From a virus: a stretch of 64,000 bases of DNA. How positions within the stretch are numbered: the first letter of the stretch is position 1; every line of letters starts with the position of its first letter. A program made the position numbers and the translations under genes. The stretch is taken from the IMG/VR virus record IMGVR_UViG_3300044712_000815, positions 32,001 to 96,000 of that record; one strand, given 5' to 3'. Shown here piece by piece: positions 47,866 through 56,783 of this stretch. The notes beneath the pieces are model-generated. The model made no database searches. It was given only the letters and a program-made list of their open reading frames with translations, and was not told the origin of the DNA.

Positions 47866-48725
47866 TATATTTTTACAACAATTTTCATAATGGTGATATT
47901 CATTATTCAAGAACATTTGTTAAGGATATTATGAATAAGTTGGGTAATAATGATTATTGTTATTTGCATAATTGTGATCCAAATATATTAAGAGATATTT
48001 CAAATTTAAAGCACAATAATTCATTTATTAGTTTTGATAATTGGAATTTAATAAGTGATTACCCAATAAAGCATAATTCGCAAATATTAAGAACTGAATA
48101 TGATATATTTATAAACACTTGGGTTGGTCAAAAAGATATGTCTTATATACATCTAGATAAAGATATATCATGTTCACTATATGCACATTATAATTTATAT
48201 AAAGATATTTATGATGAATTATCTATACCAATAGAAGATATAGAATATTATATTCCTGAAATAAACTTTAATAACATTAATAAATCTAGTATTGATAATT
48301 TTATATCTAGTAATAATTTTGAAAAAATCATTTTAATTGCTAATAATATTCCACGTACTGTTAGAATGGATTTAGATTTGAATATATTAGCAGATAAATT
48401 ATCTATTGACTATCCCAATATTTTAATAGCATTAACAAATGAAACAAATTTAATAAAAAATAATATTTTATATCTTGGAAATTTAATACCAGAACCAAAT
48501 TTAAATGAAATAAGTTATTTTTCTAAATTTTGTGATATTATCGTTGGTTTTCCATCGGGTCCATATATTTTTACTATGATAAAAGATAATTTATTTGATA
48601 TAAATAAAACTTTTATTACAATTTCGGATAATATATATGATTCATATTATTTTGAAAGCAAATCAAAAATGTTGCATTTACTAGATCATAATATGGTTAA
48701 TTTATATGAATTAATAAAATTTTGA
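47862..48725 (+). CDS. Putative GT-B fold glycosyltransferase
   Basis: HNGDIHYSR; CDIIVGFPSGP, GT9-like C-terminal motif. Confidence 0.5.
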   Translation: MIYFYNNFHNGDIHYSRTFVKDIMNKLGNNDYCYLHNCDPNILRDISNLKHNNSFISFDNWNLISDYPIKHNSQILRTEYDIFINTWVGQKDMSYIHLDKDISCSLYAHYNLYKDIYDELSIPIEDIEYYIPEINFNNINKSSIDNFISSNNFEKIILIANNIPRTVRMDLDLNILADKLSIDYPNILIALTNETNLIKNNILYLGNLIPEPNLNEISYFSKFCDIIVGFPSGPYIFTMIKDNLFDINKTFITISDNIYDSYYFESKSKMLHLLDHNMVNLYELIKF

Positions 48726-48730
48726 TAAAA

Positions 48731-48913
48731 ATGGAAACTAAAAAAGAAATCGAAAAAGGATTTGTGAATGTTCATATTGACATTACAACAAAACAAGTTT
48801 ATGTATCAAATCATCCATATCCAACTATAGAAGAAGCAGAAATGGGAATTTTTTGTGGATTTGGGATAGAAAAAGTTGGTTGTTTTGAGATAGAATATAC
48901 GAAATACGAATAA
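48731..48913 (+). CDS. Hypothetical protein
   Basis: Operon ORF. Confidence 0.45.
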   Translation: METKKEIEKGFVNVHIDITTKQVYVSNHPYPTIEEAEMGIFCGFGIEKVGCFEIEYTKYE

Positions 48914-48914
48914 T

Positions 48915-49139
48915 ATGAAAAATAAAAATATGTACAAAGCATTTAAAATTACAAAAAAGTATAGACTGACTTTTAATAAGTTCAAAAAGTCAGCTAAAAA
49001 CGATAAGTCTATTTGTGTTTATTCGACTGGAATACGAAATTGGGTAGCAGATGATAGCTTTAACTATTCAATCGTACTTGGAACATTTAGAATAATATTT
49101 TCAATTGAAAGAATTCAACGTGGATGTTGTAATGGTTAA
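48915..49139 (+). CDS. Hypothetical protein
   Basis: Operon ORF. Confidence 0.45.
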   Translation: MKNKNMYKAFKITKKYRLTFNKFKKSAKNDKSICVYSTGIRNWVADDSFNYSIVLGTFRIIFSIERIQRGCCNG

Positions 49140-49160
49140 CAAAAATAAAAATAGTAAATA

Positions 49161-49349
49161 ATGAATGATTTGAAAAATAATCAATTATATGGCTACATTA
49201 TGATATTTGATAAACCAGATTTGAACGGAATTGCAATTTCAAAAAAAGCGATTAATTTAGATGACTTTGAACAAATGAAAAAACGTGGTGATATTATAGA
49301 TTATGAAATTGATGAAAAAGGAATAAAAATTACAAAAAATTACATTTGA
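49161..49349 (+). CDS. Small protein weakly resembling the prohead protease N-terminus
   Basis: LYGYIMIFDKPDLNG vs LSGTFTEFNIKNRND. Confidence 0.45.
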   Translation: MNDLKNNQLYGYIMIFDKPDLNGIAISKKAINLDDFEQMKKRGDIIDYEIDEKGIKITKNYI

Positions 49350-50107
49350 ATTATATGAAAGAATATTATTCAACTAGAAACTTTAATGAAGAAACATTAA
49401 ATAAAATTTTTTCAACATTAAAAAAGTGGACAGAATTCATCCAAAATACAACAAATTTTTCATTTATAAAATTTGGTGATGGTGAATTTTACTGTATGAT
49501 GGGTGAAGAAGGTGAAAATTGTGATCATCATCCATATTCAAAAGAATTAGCTGTTAAGTTGTATGATGCTTGGTACTTTTTTAATACATTAGAATACATA
49601 TATATTGCAGAATGGGCAGGACATAAACCGGATATGAATTGTGCAACAATATCTGAAAGATTTCAATTAGATTTGATTTCTAAAACAGATATTAAAGTTA
49701 ATTTTGTTAATTATGAAATACTATTACAAAATACGTTATGTGAAGACAAATTTAATTTTTTAAAATCTATAAAAGATTCAAATAGAAAAAAAATATTTGT
49801 TGGCCCAAATAGATTACAGGGGGTTAATGATTTTTTGAATGTAGATACATTTATAAACATACCATTAATTAACACATTTGCAAAATATGATGAAATATTA
49901 CCAACAATTTTAAATGAAATTGAAGATAATAGTATATTTTTATTTTCGTGTGGCTTACCATCAAAATCTTTTATTCATAAAATATTAGAAAAAAATAATA
50001 ATGTGACTTGTTTAGATTTTGGTAGTGGATTTGATTCAATGTTTGTTGGACACACTAGAGAAGGTCAAATTGATGGAAATTATGTAAAAAATTATTACAA
50101 TCTATAA
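49346..50107 (+). CDS. GT-D fold (DUF1792-like) glycosyltransferase
   Basis: SFIKFGDGE; FSCGLPSK; LDFGSGFD. Confidence 0.7.
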   Translation: MNYMKEYYSTRNFNEETLNKIFSTLKKWTEFIQNTTNFSFIKFGDGEFYCMMGEEGENCDHHPYSKELAVKLYDAWYFFNTLEYIYIAEWAGHKPDMNCATISERFQLDLISKTDIKVNFVNYEILLQNTLCEDKFNFLKSIKDSNRKKIFVGPNRLQGVNDFLNVDTFINIPLINTFAKYDEILPTILNEIEDNSIFLFSCGLPSKSFIHKILEKNNNVTCLDFGSGFDSMFVGHTREGQIDGNYVKNYYNL

Positions 50108-50286
50108 TGGTACAAGTTACAACAGGTGGTGGTTATACACCCAAAAAATTAACAGATAAAGAAAAAATAAAAGAACTTATTGAACTTTGTTCTATGGTTG
50201 AATCAGAAAATGTAAAATATAGAAAAGATATAGAAAATCTAAAAAATGAAATAAATTTATTAAAAAATAGATATGATAGTTTATGA
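50107..50286 (+). CDS. 59-aa coiled-coil protein (not in ORF track)
   Basis: MVQVTTGGGYTPKK...NRYDSL; TAATG and ATGA overlaps. Confidence 0.5.
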   Translation: MVQVTTGGGYTPKKLTDKEKIKELIELCSMVESENVKYRKDIENLKNEINLLKNRYDSL

Positions 50287-51098
50287 ATGAAGTAATTTTT
50301 TATGAAATAGAAAAAGAAAAATGGTGTGAAGTAAGATATTTAGATGCCGTTATAAGTTATTTAAATAAAAAAATAACAAACTATTCAATAATAGTAACAC
50401 CCAATCAACACACTTTACCTAATACTAAATTTGCGAAAATAATAGTAATATTAACAGGTGATGAATTGGGATTTTTTAGTTCACAAAATTATAATAATCC
50501 GAATATTGTTAAAATATTTAGATTTTTTAATAGAATAGGTAGATATGATGAAAAATTTATATATCCTATTCCACCTGGATATAATTGGACTATGCATAAT
50601 GATTATAGTAAGCAAATGATCAAAATGTATCCTGAGAAAAAATTATCAGAAAGAAAATATGATATTTCATTTCTTGGACAACCATTACCTTGTAGAATTG
50701 AATTATTTAATATTTTAAATCAATTATCAAGCAAATATAATGTATTAAGTAGTGTAAGTCCATCTTTTAGAACGGGTGTTCATATTGATGATTATTATAA
50801 AATAATGGGTGATACAAAGATCGCATTAGCACCAGATGGAACATCAGTAGATACGTTTAGATATGTTGAAGCATTTGGTAGTGGCTGTGTAGTAATTACT
50901 ACAAAAAAAGATGATATTTGGTATTATAGAAATTCACCCACAGTTTTTATTAATTCTTGGTCTGAATTAAATGATAAGCTTATCGAAAATATTTTATCTA
51001 TGGATTTAGAAGAATTATATGATAAAAATTTAAAATATTATAAAGAAATATTATCAGAGGAAGCTGTTGCTAATTATATATATATAAATTTGATATAA
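50283..51098 (+). CDS. Exostosin/GT47-like glycosyltransferase
   Basis: GDE, RKYDISFLGQ, TKIALAPDG..VDTFRYVEAFGSGC. Confidence 0.7.
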   Translation: MNEVIFYEIEKEKWCEVRYLDAVISYLNKKITNYSIIVTPNQHTLPNTKFAKIIVILTGDELGFFSSQNYNNPNIVKIFRFFNRIGRYDEKFIYPIPPGYNWTMHNDYSKQMIKMYPEKKLSERKYDISFLGQPLPCRIELFNILNQLSSKYNVLSSVSPSFRTGVHIDDYYKIMGDTKIALAPDGTSVDTFRYVEAFGSGCVVITTKKDDIWYYRNSPTVFINSWSELNDKLIENILSMDLEELYDKNLKYYKEILSEEAVANYIYINLI

Positions 51099-51103
51099 AA
51101 TAA

Positions 51104-51475
51104 ATGAAAAATGTAAAAGAATATTTAGATAAAAATCTTTTTGTGGTAGGTGAAACATCATGTACATTAAAAAGTAATGGTCATTATTGTGTTTGTGGAT
51201 CGTGGAAATATCCAAAAAAATGGAATGGTCATTCTATTTTTTATAAATCATCAGATGAAGATAAAAAAAATTCTAAAGATGAACCAGATCATATTTCTAT
51301 TTGTATTAATAATGAAGTCGTAATAGTTAGTAATATGTGTGTTAATGGTATATGGAGTAAATATCATTATCTACAAATGTATGAACATATACCAAGAAAT
51401 GAAAGATGCACAAGTGATGAAATAATCAAATATATAGATGAATTTTTTCAATTAATAAAACAAAATGAAAAATAA
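51104..51475 (+). CDS. Hypothetical protein
   Basis: Last ORF of the operon. Confidence 0.5.
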   Translation: MKNVKEYLDKNLFVVGETSCTLKSNGHYCVCGSWKYPKKWNGHSIFYKSSDEDKKNSKDEPDHISICINNEVVIVSNMCVNGIWSKYHYLQMYEHIPRNERCTSDEIIKYIDEFFQLIKQNEK

Positions 51476-51476
51476 A

Positions 51477-51845
51477 TTACTTATTAAATAATCGTTTAGA
51501 TATTTTTTTCCATCTTGATTCTTCGTGTGGTGTTAATGAACCACGATTTTGCAGTTTAATAAACTTATCGTGTTCTTGTTTTAATTCTTCCATTGACATA
51601 TCATCAATATGTTTTTCTTTATAATTTTCATTGACAAATGTATCAAAATTACAAATTAATGATTCTTTCTTTTTTCTAGATTTCTTTTTTTCTCTATCAT
51701 ATATGGATGTGCAAATAGCATAAGCTTGTTTTGACTTTTTCTTTTTTGACTTTGTTGTCAAAGTTTCGGGTTCATTATGATATATATGTGATATACACCT
51801 TGGAATGAATTTATTTTTTGTTTCTTTTTTTCTTGGTTCAGGCAT
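51477..51845 (-). CDS. Basic hypothetical protein
   Basis: MPEPRKKE..KFIPRC...QAYAIC; internal FDTFVNE. Confidence 0.6.
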   Translation of the reverse strand: MPEPRKKETKNKFIPRCISHIYHNEPETLTTKSKKKKSKQAYAICTSIYDREKKKSRKKKESLICNFDTFVNENYKEKHIDDMSMEELKQEHDKFIKLQNRGSLTPHEESRWKKISKRLFNK

Positions 51846-51854
51846 TTTAAAAGA

Positions 51855-52256
51855 TTATTTTAATGTACTAAGTTTAGATAAACCATAATATATGTCAATT
51901 ATCCTTACTCGAAGACATCCCATTGATTGAGAATTATATACGGCAGATGTTGAAGGTTTTTGGAGTAAACAAGTAATCCAAATTTCTTGACCACGTTTAA
52001 CTTGTTTAAGACTCAAATCGGTATTAAGAACTGGACCACCAGCAATTTCATCTAGTTTTTTTATTTCATTTTCGTCCGTGATCATACCAGTTATTTGAAT
52101 AATTTCTACAGGTTCTTTGATCTTTTTATATTCACCATTGTCAAGTTTAGATATTGCAATAATATCATCGGATAAAGGTTGAAATTCTTTATCTTTTTCA
52201 AAGTTTTTATTTTTTGTATCTTTGAAATCGTTAAATTTTGTTGTTATATCACTCAT
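51855..52256 (-). CDS. Putative internal head protein
   Basis: ITTKFNDF N-terminus. Confidence 0.55.
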   Translation of the reverse strand: MSDITTKFNDFKDTKNKNFEKDKEFQPLSDDIIAISKLDNGEYKKIKEPVEIIQITGMITDENEIKKLDEIAGGPVLNTDLSLKQVKRGQEIWITCLLQKPSTSAVYNSQSMGCLRVRIIDIYYGLSKLSTLK

Positions 52257-52264
52257 TATTAATA

Positions 52265-52498
52265 TTATTTTCCAAGTGATATTAAAATTGAATCTAATTT
52301 TTCATGTATTAAAAGCATTTTAGCAATATAATCAAAAGTATTATTAGGATTATTTGATTGTTCAATAGCGATATCATCTATCAATATTTTAATATCATCT
52401 ATTTTTTTTAAATTATCTTTCATATAACCACTGAATTTATTTGCAATTTCAGTATTTTCTTTTATCAAGTCTTCATCTAGTGTTGTAAATTTTTTCAT
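52265..52498 (-). CDS. Putative internal head protein
   Basis: MKKFTTLDEDLIKE. Confidence 0.5.
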   Translation of the reverse strand: MKKFTTLDEDLIKENTEIANKFSGYMKDNLKKIDDIKILIDDIAIEQSNNPNNTFDYIAKMLLIHEKLDSILISLGK

Positions 52499-52773
52499 AT
52501 TTCTGTGAATTTTTTTATGTCTGTTGGATCGAATAAAACTTCTGAATCTTCTAGATCAATTTCTTTTATTTCAGGATTATCAACTTTAACAAATTTATAA
52601 GATGTTAATTCATCCAATATTACATCTTCAGTAACTTCATCATCTGTAAATTTATTAACAATATTATGAATATCATGTAATGTTAAGACATAAACACCTT
52701 CTTCTGAATCTTCAATTTCTATTGTCATTGATTCATCTAATTTATAGTTTGTAAAATTTATAATTTCTTCCAT
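52495..52773 (-). CDS. Acidic putative internal head protein
   Basis: IINFTNYKLDES; ends IKKFTEI. Confidence 0.5.
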   Translation of the reverse strand: MEEIINFTNYKLDESMTIEIEDSEEGVYVLTLHDIHNIVNKFTDDEVTEDVILDELTSYKFVKVDNPEIKEIDLEDSEVLFDPTDIKKFTEI

Positions 52774-52774
52774 T

Positions 52775-53218
52775 TTAGTTTCTTATTTTATATTCTTTTA
52801 ATAGATATTCTTTATATTTATCAATTAGTTTATCAATCAAAAATTCATTATTAAATTTTTTATTATCAATATCATAAACTAAGTTATCATTAATTTTAAT
52901 ATTGATATTATTTTCATATTCATTTTTATATACAGATAATTTAGCATATATTTTATCATTGTTTGATAAATCAATTGTAATATATGTTCTATATATTAAA
53001 TTAATATTTTTAAAATCTTTTTTATCAAAATAACCACCAATTTTCTTTATTCTTATTGGTTTTGGATTATTTTTTCTTTTATATGTTATTATTGATAATT
53101 CATCTTTTATTTTGTTTATTAATTTTGTATTTTCATCTTCAATATCAAATTCTATATCTGAAATATCTAATTTTTCTAATATTTCTTTAAATCTTGTTAT
53201 CATACTATTGTTTTTCAT
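52775..53218 (-). CDS. Putative internal head protein
   Basis: MITRFKEILE. Confidence 0.5.
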   Translation of the reverse strand: MKNNSMITRFKEILEKLDISDIEFDIEDENTKLINKIKDELSIITYKRKNNPKPIRIKKIGGYFDKKDFKNINLIYRTYITIDLSNNDKIYAKLSVYKNEYENNINIKINDNLVYDIDNKKFNNEFLIDKLIDKYKEYLLKEYKIRN

Positions 53219-53224
53219 TTAATT

Positions 53225-53614
53225 TTATGAATTTGGTAAAACAAAATCATTTGTTACTTGATTTGGATTAGAAGCTGGTGAATAATCTGTACTCATCGGT
53301 TGTTCAGATGTCCATTGTGGTTTGAGTGGGGTATTTATCATATCCGAATTATTATCATCGTGATCTTTTGGATTGATGATCATGTCTGCCCTTGCTTCGA
53401 TTGGTTCTTGGTTTGGAAATGGGTTTCCTTCAACATTAAACCAAAACTTATAACCATTTGTGCCATTATTTTGTATTTTAACTGGAACAACTTCTCTTTT
53501 ATCTGTGCCTGGTATTTTGTATAATATATACACAATTTCACCATCTTTAAATCCGTTTATTTGTTGTTGTTCATATATAAATTCTTCGAATATTTTAAAT
53601 CTTGTAATTATCAT
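53225..53614 (-). CDS. Putative internal head protein
   Basis: MIITRFKIFEEF. Confidence 0.55.
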   Translation of the reverse strand: MIITRFKIFEEFIYEQQQINGFKDGEIVYILYKIPGTDKREVVPVKIQNNGTNGYKFWFNVEGNPFPNQEPIEARADMIINPKDHDDNNSDMINTPLKPQWTSEQPMSTDYSPASNPNQVTNDFVLPNS

Positions 53615-53622
53615 AATATTAA

Positions 53623-53922
53623 TTATTTTTTTAGGTATTGTTTTAATTTCATTAAATTATCATATTCATCATTTTCAAATTCGTGTTCAACATCATATGT
53701 TCCTTCCAATTTAGCTGATATAACATCATAAAATATATTGAATACATATTCTGTTAAATCAATACCATAATGTGTAATACTACCAAAAGCACCAATTAAT
53801 GTTGAAAAATCATTCAACACATATGATATTTTATGTTTAGGAATATCAAGTTGATTTTCATAAAAATTTATTATTTCTTTTTCTGTCATATTATTTTCAA
53901 ACAATTTAAAATTTGTTATCAT
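53623..53922 (-). CDS. Putative internal head protein
   Basis: MITNFKLFEN. Confidence 0.55.
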   Translation of the reverse strand: MITNFKLFENNMTEKEIINFYENQLDIPKHKISYVLNDFSTLIGAFGSITHYGIDLTEYVFNIFYDVISAKLEGTYDVEHEFENDEYDNLMKLKQYLKK

Positions 53923-53924
53923 AA

Positions 53925-54272
53925 TTAAAAATCATTTTTTATTTCTTCTGTTTGTGCTGTTATTTGAACCATATTACCATCAGCCCAATCATAAATATCA
54001 TCCCAAATAGCCATACTACTTTCAACATTATCTTTCTTTTCAGATAATTTTGTAATTAATTCTTGCAATTTGTTCCAAGAATCATTTGATGTTTGTTTTA
54101 TTATTAAATTCTTTTGATTATTCAAAAAACTAATATATTTAGCATTAAATGAAATTAAATCATTTACGTTTTCAAATATTGATTCATTCCAAATTTTAGA
54201 AATATCTAATTTTAATTTCCAATCATCTTCCTTTTTTTCAAATAATTTATATTTAGTAATCATATTAAACAT
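53925..54272 (-). CDS. Putative internal head protein
   Basis: MITKYKLFE; C-terminal IYDWAD. Confidence 0.55.
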   Translation of the reverse strand: MFNMITKYKLFEKKEDDWKLKLDISKIWNESIFENVNDLISFNAKYISFLNNQKNLIIKQTSNDSWNKLQELITKLSEKKDNVESSMAIWDDIYDWADGNMVQITAQTEEIKNDF

Positions 54273-54368
54273 ATATATAAAAAATATTAAATGAAAATAT
54301 TAATTAATATATAATGTATGGTTTTTAACTTTTAAAAATTAATATATACAAAAAATAACAAATTTATC

Positions 54369-54848
54369 GTGCCAAATATAATTAGAATTAGAGATTTAAT
54401 AAATGAAACAGATTTAAATGGGGTTATTATACCAATTGATAAAACTGGTTATACTTATAATGCACAACAAATTGGTATTCTAGATTTAAAAGATTTTATT
54501 TTATCTGGATTTACTGGTGGAACATCTGGTGGTGGTGGTACTAGTGGAACTTCTGGTGTTGATGGATTGGATGGTGAAGATGGAACTACACCATGTATAT
54601 CAGTTAATTCGAATATTATAACAATTGTTATGTTAACGACGACAACAACGACAACAACACTAGCACCAACGACGACTACGACAACGACATATATTGGACC
54701 AGCAACGACGACTACGACAACGACATATATTGGACCAGCGACAACGACAACAACAACAACTGTTGCTATAACAACGACGACAACAACTCAGTATCCGTAT
54801 GGATTTTCAGATAATTTTGAACCAATTGGATTAAATAACTTATTATAA
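54369..54848 (+). CDS. Thr-rich mucin-like / GTSG-repeat virion protein
   Basis: GTSGTSGVDG segment; poly-Thr tracts; ends FEPIGLNNLL. Confidence 0.7.
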   Translation: MPNIIRIRDLINETDLNGVIIPIDKTGYTYNAQQIGILDLKDFILSGFTGGTSGGGGTSGTSGVDGLDGEDGTTPCISVNSNIITIVMLTTTTTTTTLAPTTTTTTTYIGPATTTTTTTYIGPATTTTTTTVAITTTTTTQYPYGFSDNFEPIGLNNLL

Positions 54849-54863
54849 AAATAGAAAAATATT

Positions 54864-55259
54864 ATGGCAGTAAAAATTACAATTACAAATGCGGGTGGAA
54901 ATATAAGCGATTTTTTAGATATTTATACAAATGAAACGGGATCGTTTCAATTATTACCTGAATTAGCAAATATTCCGAAATCTAGCTTATTGGTAGGATA
55001 TACTTTTACACCACCTGTTGGAACAACAGGTTACCGTGTTATAGATCAATTTTGTTATTCTGTACTTGAACTTTATTGTGCAACGACTACTACAACGACA
55101 ACAACTATTGCACCTGCTACTACAACGACAACAACTATTGCACCTGCTACTACAACGACAACAACTATTGCACCTGCTACTACAACGACAACATCAACTT
55201 ATCCATATTATCCGTTGAATGAAAGTTTTGAACCAATTGGATTAAATAACTTATTATAA
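54864..55259 (+). CDS. Thr-rich mucin-like virion protein
   Basis: 30-bp repeats encoding TTTTTTIAPA; ends FEPIGLNNLL; terminator at ~55262-55285. Confidence 0.7.
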   Translation: MAVKITITNAGGNISDFLDIYTNETGSFQLLPELANIPKSSLLVGYTFTPPVGTTGYRVIDQFCYSVLELYCATTTTTTTTIAPATTTTTTIAPATTTTTTIAPATTTTTSTYPYYPLNESFEPIGLNNLL

Positions 55260-55377
55260 CAAAAGCCCATTTTTAAGTGGGCTTTATTATTTATAATATA
55301 TAAATTTTATCAACAAATAAAATAAAAAAGAATATATTATACATAATGTATATTATGTTAAAAAATAATTAAAATTT

Positions 55378-56013
55378 ATGTTAAATCCAAAAATTAGTGT
55401 AATAATGGCATCATTTTTATTACCATATCCAAATTCAGCAACCAATCGAGATAAAAAATTTGTTCGTGCAGTAAATAGTTTTAAAAAACAATCTTATTCA
55501 AATAAAGAATTAATTATTGTTTCTGATGGTTGTCCATTAACAGTTGAATTGTATAATAAATTTTTCATCAATGATTCAAATATTAAATTGATAAAAATAC
55601 CCAAACAAGAATTATATTCTGGTGGTATGAGAAATGCTGCACTTGAAATAGCTGATGGAGATATTATTAGCTATTTAGATACAGATGATGTTCTTGGTGC
55701 AAATCATTTACAGTTAATTGTTGATGAATTTGATTTGGATAAATATGATTTTGTATATTATGATGATTTGTTGGTTCTCGATAGCACATTTAAGAAATTT
55801 TATCATAGAATAGTTGAACCTCGTTGGGCTAGTATCGGAACAAGTTCAATAAGTCATAAAAATATGAAAGATATGAAGAAATTGTGGTCAACTGGCTATG
55901 GTCACGACTGGTTAACTATGTTTAAATTGGTGAGTATGGGTCTGAAATACAAAAAATTGAATAAAATTTCTGAATATTTGGTTTGTCATTATGGAAATGG
56001 TGGGGATTTTTGA
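55378..56013 (+). CDS. GT2 glycosyltransferase
   Basis: ISVIMAS, ELIIVSDG, RNAALEIADGDIISYLDTDD, GHDW. Confidence 0.88.
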   Translation: MLNPKISVIMASFLLPYPNSATNRDKKFVRAVNSFKKQSYSNKELIIVSDGCPLTVELYNKFFINDSNIKLIKIPKQELYSGGMRNAALEIADGDIISYLDTDDVLGANHLQLIVDEFDLDKYDFVYYDDLLVLDSTFKKFYHRIVEPRWASIGTSSISHKNMKDMKKLWSTGYGHDWLTMFKLVSMGLKYKKLNKISEYLVCHYGNGGDF

Positions 56014-56234
56014 TTCATTTTTTTAAATAATTTATTAATTTTCGAAACAGGTGAAAATCATTATATATTAGATTGTGATTATGTTTTTAATGATAAGTTA
56101 AAGAATATAAATTTTTTATTGAATAAAATAAATCATAATTTAAAAAATAGTGAAGAAATAATAAATGAACTTAAGATATTAAGACTACGAGAAGAACGAA
56201 AACTAAAACTAAAAAAGATAAAAGAGATATGTTA
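55991..56234 (+). pseudogene. Small gene frameshifted in a T7 tract (56018-56024)
   Basis: MEMVGIFDSF joins LNNLLIFETGEN...REERKLKLKKIKEIC only with a frame change. Confidence 0.35.
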
Positions 56235-56780
56235 AACACGTTAAAAAAATTAGCTTATATATCATTAAAAGAAACTGAAAACTTAGATGATGTTAATATT
56301 ATTTATGTTGAACATAATGGTGGTGTTTTTACAAAAAAAATGCGATGTGATTTTTTTGAAATTGATAATTTAAATACATTACCTGATGCTGTTGAACAAT
56401 TATTTATTGATAAAATTATATCAATGGTTAAACCAATTTATGTTAATTTAAAAGAAACTAAAGCAGCAATTAATACATATTTTGATGCAATAAAACCAAT
56501 AAACGATAAACATAAAAATACCGACAGATTTATCATTTTTTCCAATGATATAAATAAAGAATTTATAAATGAAACATTTGAATATCCGGTACATATACTT
56601 GCATCAGAATATTTAGATGATAATTTGGTTATATTCGGATACAAAACAAAAGTAGATCAACCTGGAATAGTATTAGTTACTAATAAAGAAGGAATAAAAC
56701 ATAAGAATAAAATACGATTAACTGTAAATGATATTGGTTATCATTCCAATAAAGCGTATTATGTTTTAAAAATAAAATAA
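56229..56780 (+). CDS. Truncated paralogue of the major capsid protein
   Basis: DDNLVIFGYKTKVDQPGIVLV vs capsid DDNRIFLGRKNSVEQPGLVFV (11/21); RLTVNDIGY vs RYAVADIGF. Confidence 0.65.
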   Translation: MLNTLKKLAYISLKETENLDDVNIIYVEHNGGVFTKKMRCDFFEIDNLNTLPDAVEQLFIDKIISMVKPIYVNLKETKAAINTYFDAIKPINDKHKNTDRFIIFSNDINKEFINETFEYPVHILASEYLDDNLVIFGYKTKVDQPGIVLVTNKEGIKHKNKIRLTVNDIGYHSNKAYYVLKIK

Positions 56781-56783
56781 TAT

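Noticed and set aside
54815-55259. DGR template/variable repeat pair or att sites
   Set aside because: The 34-nt copies are identical with no adenine-specific variation, and no reverse transcriptase or integrase is present in the window.
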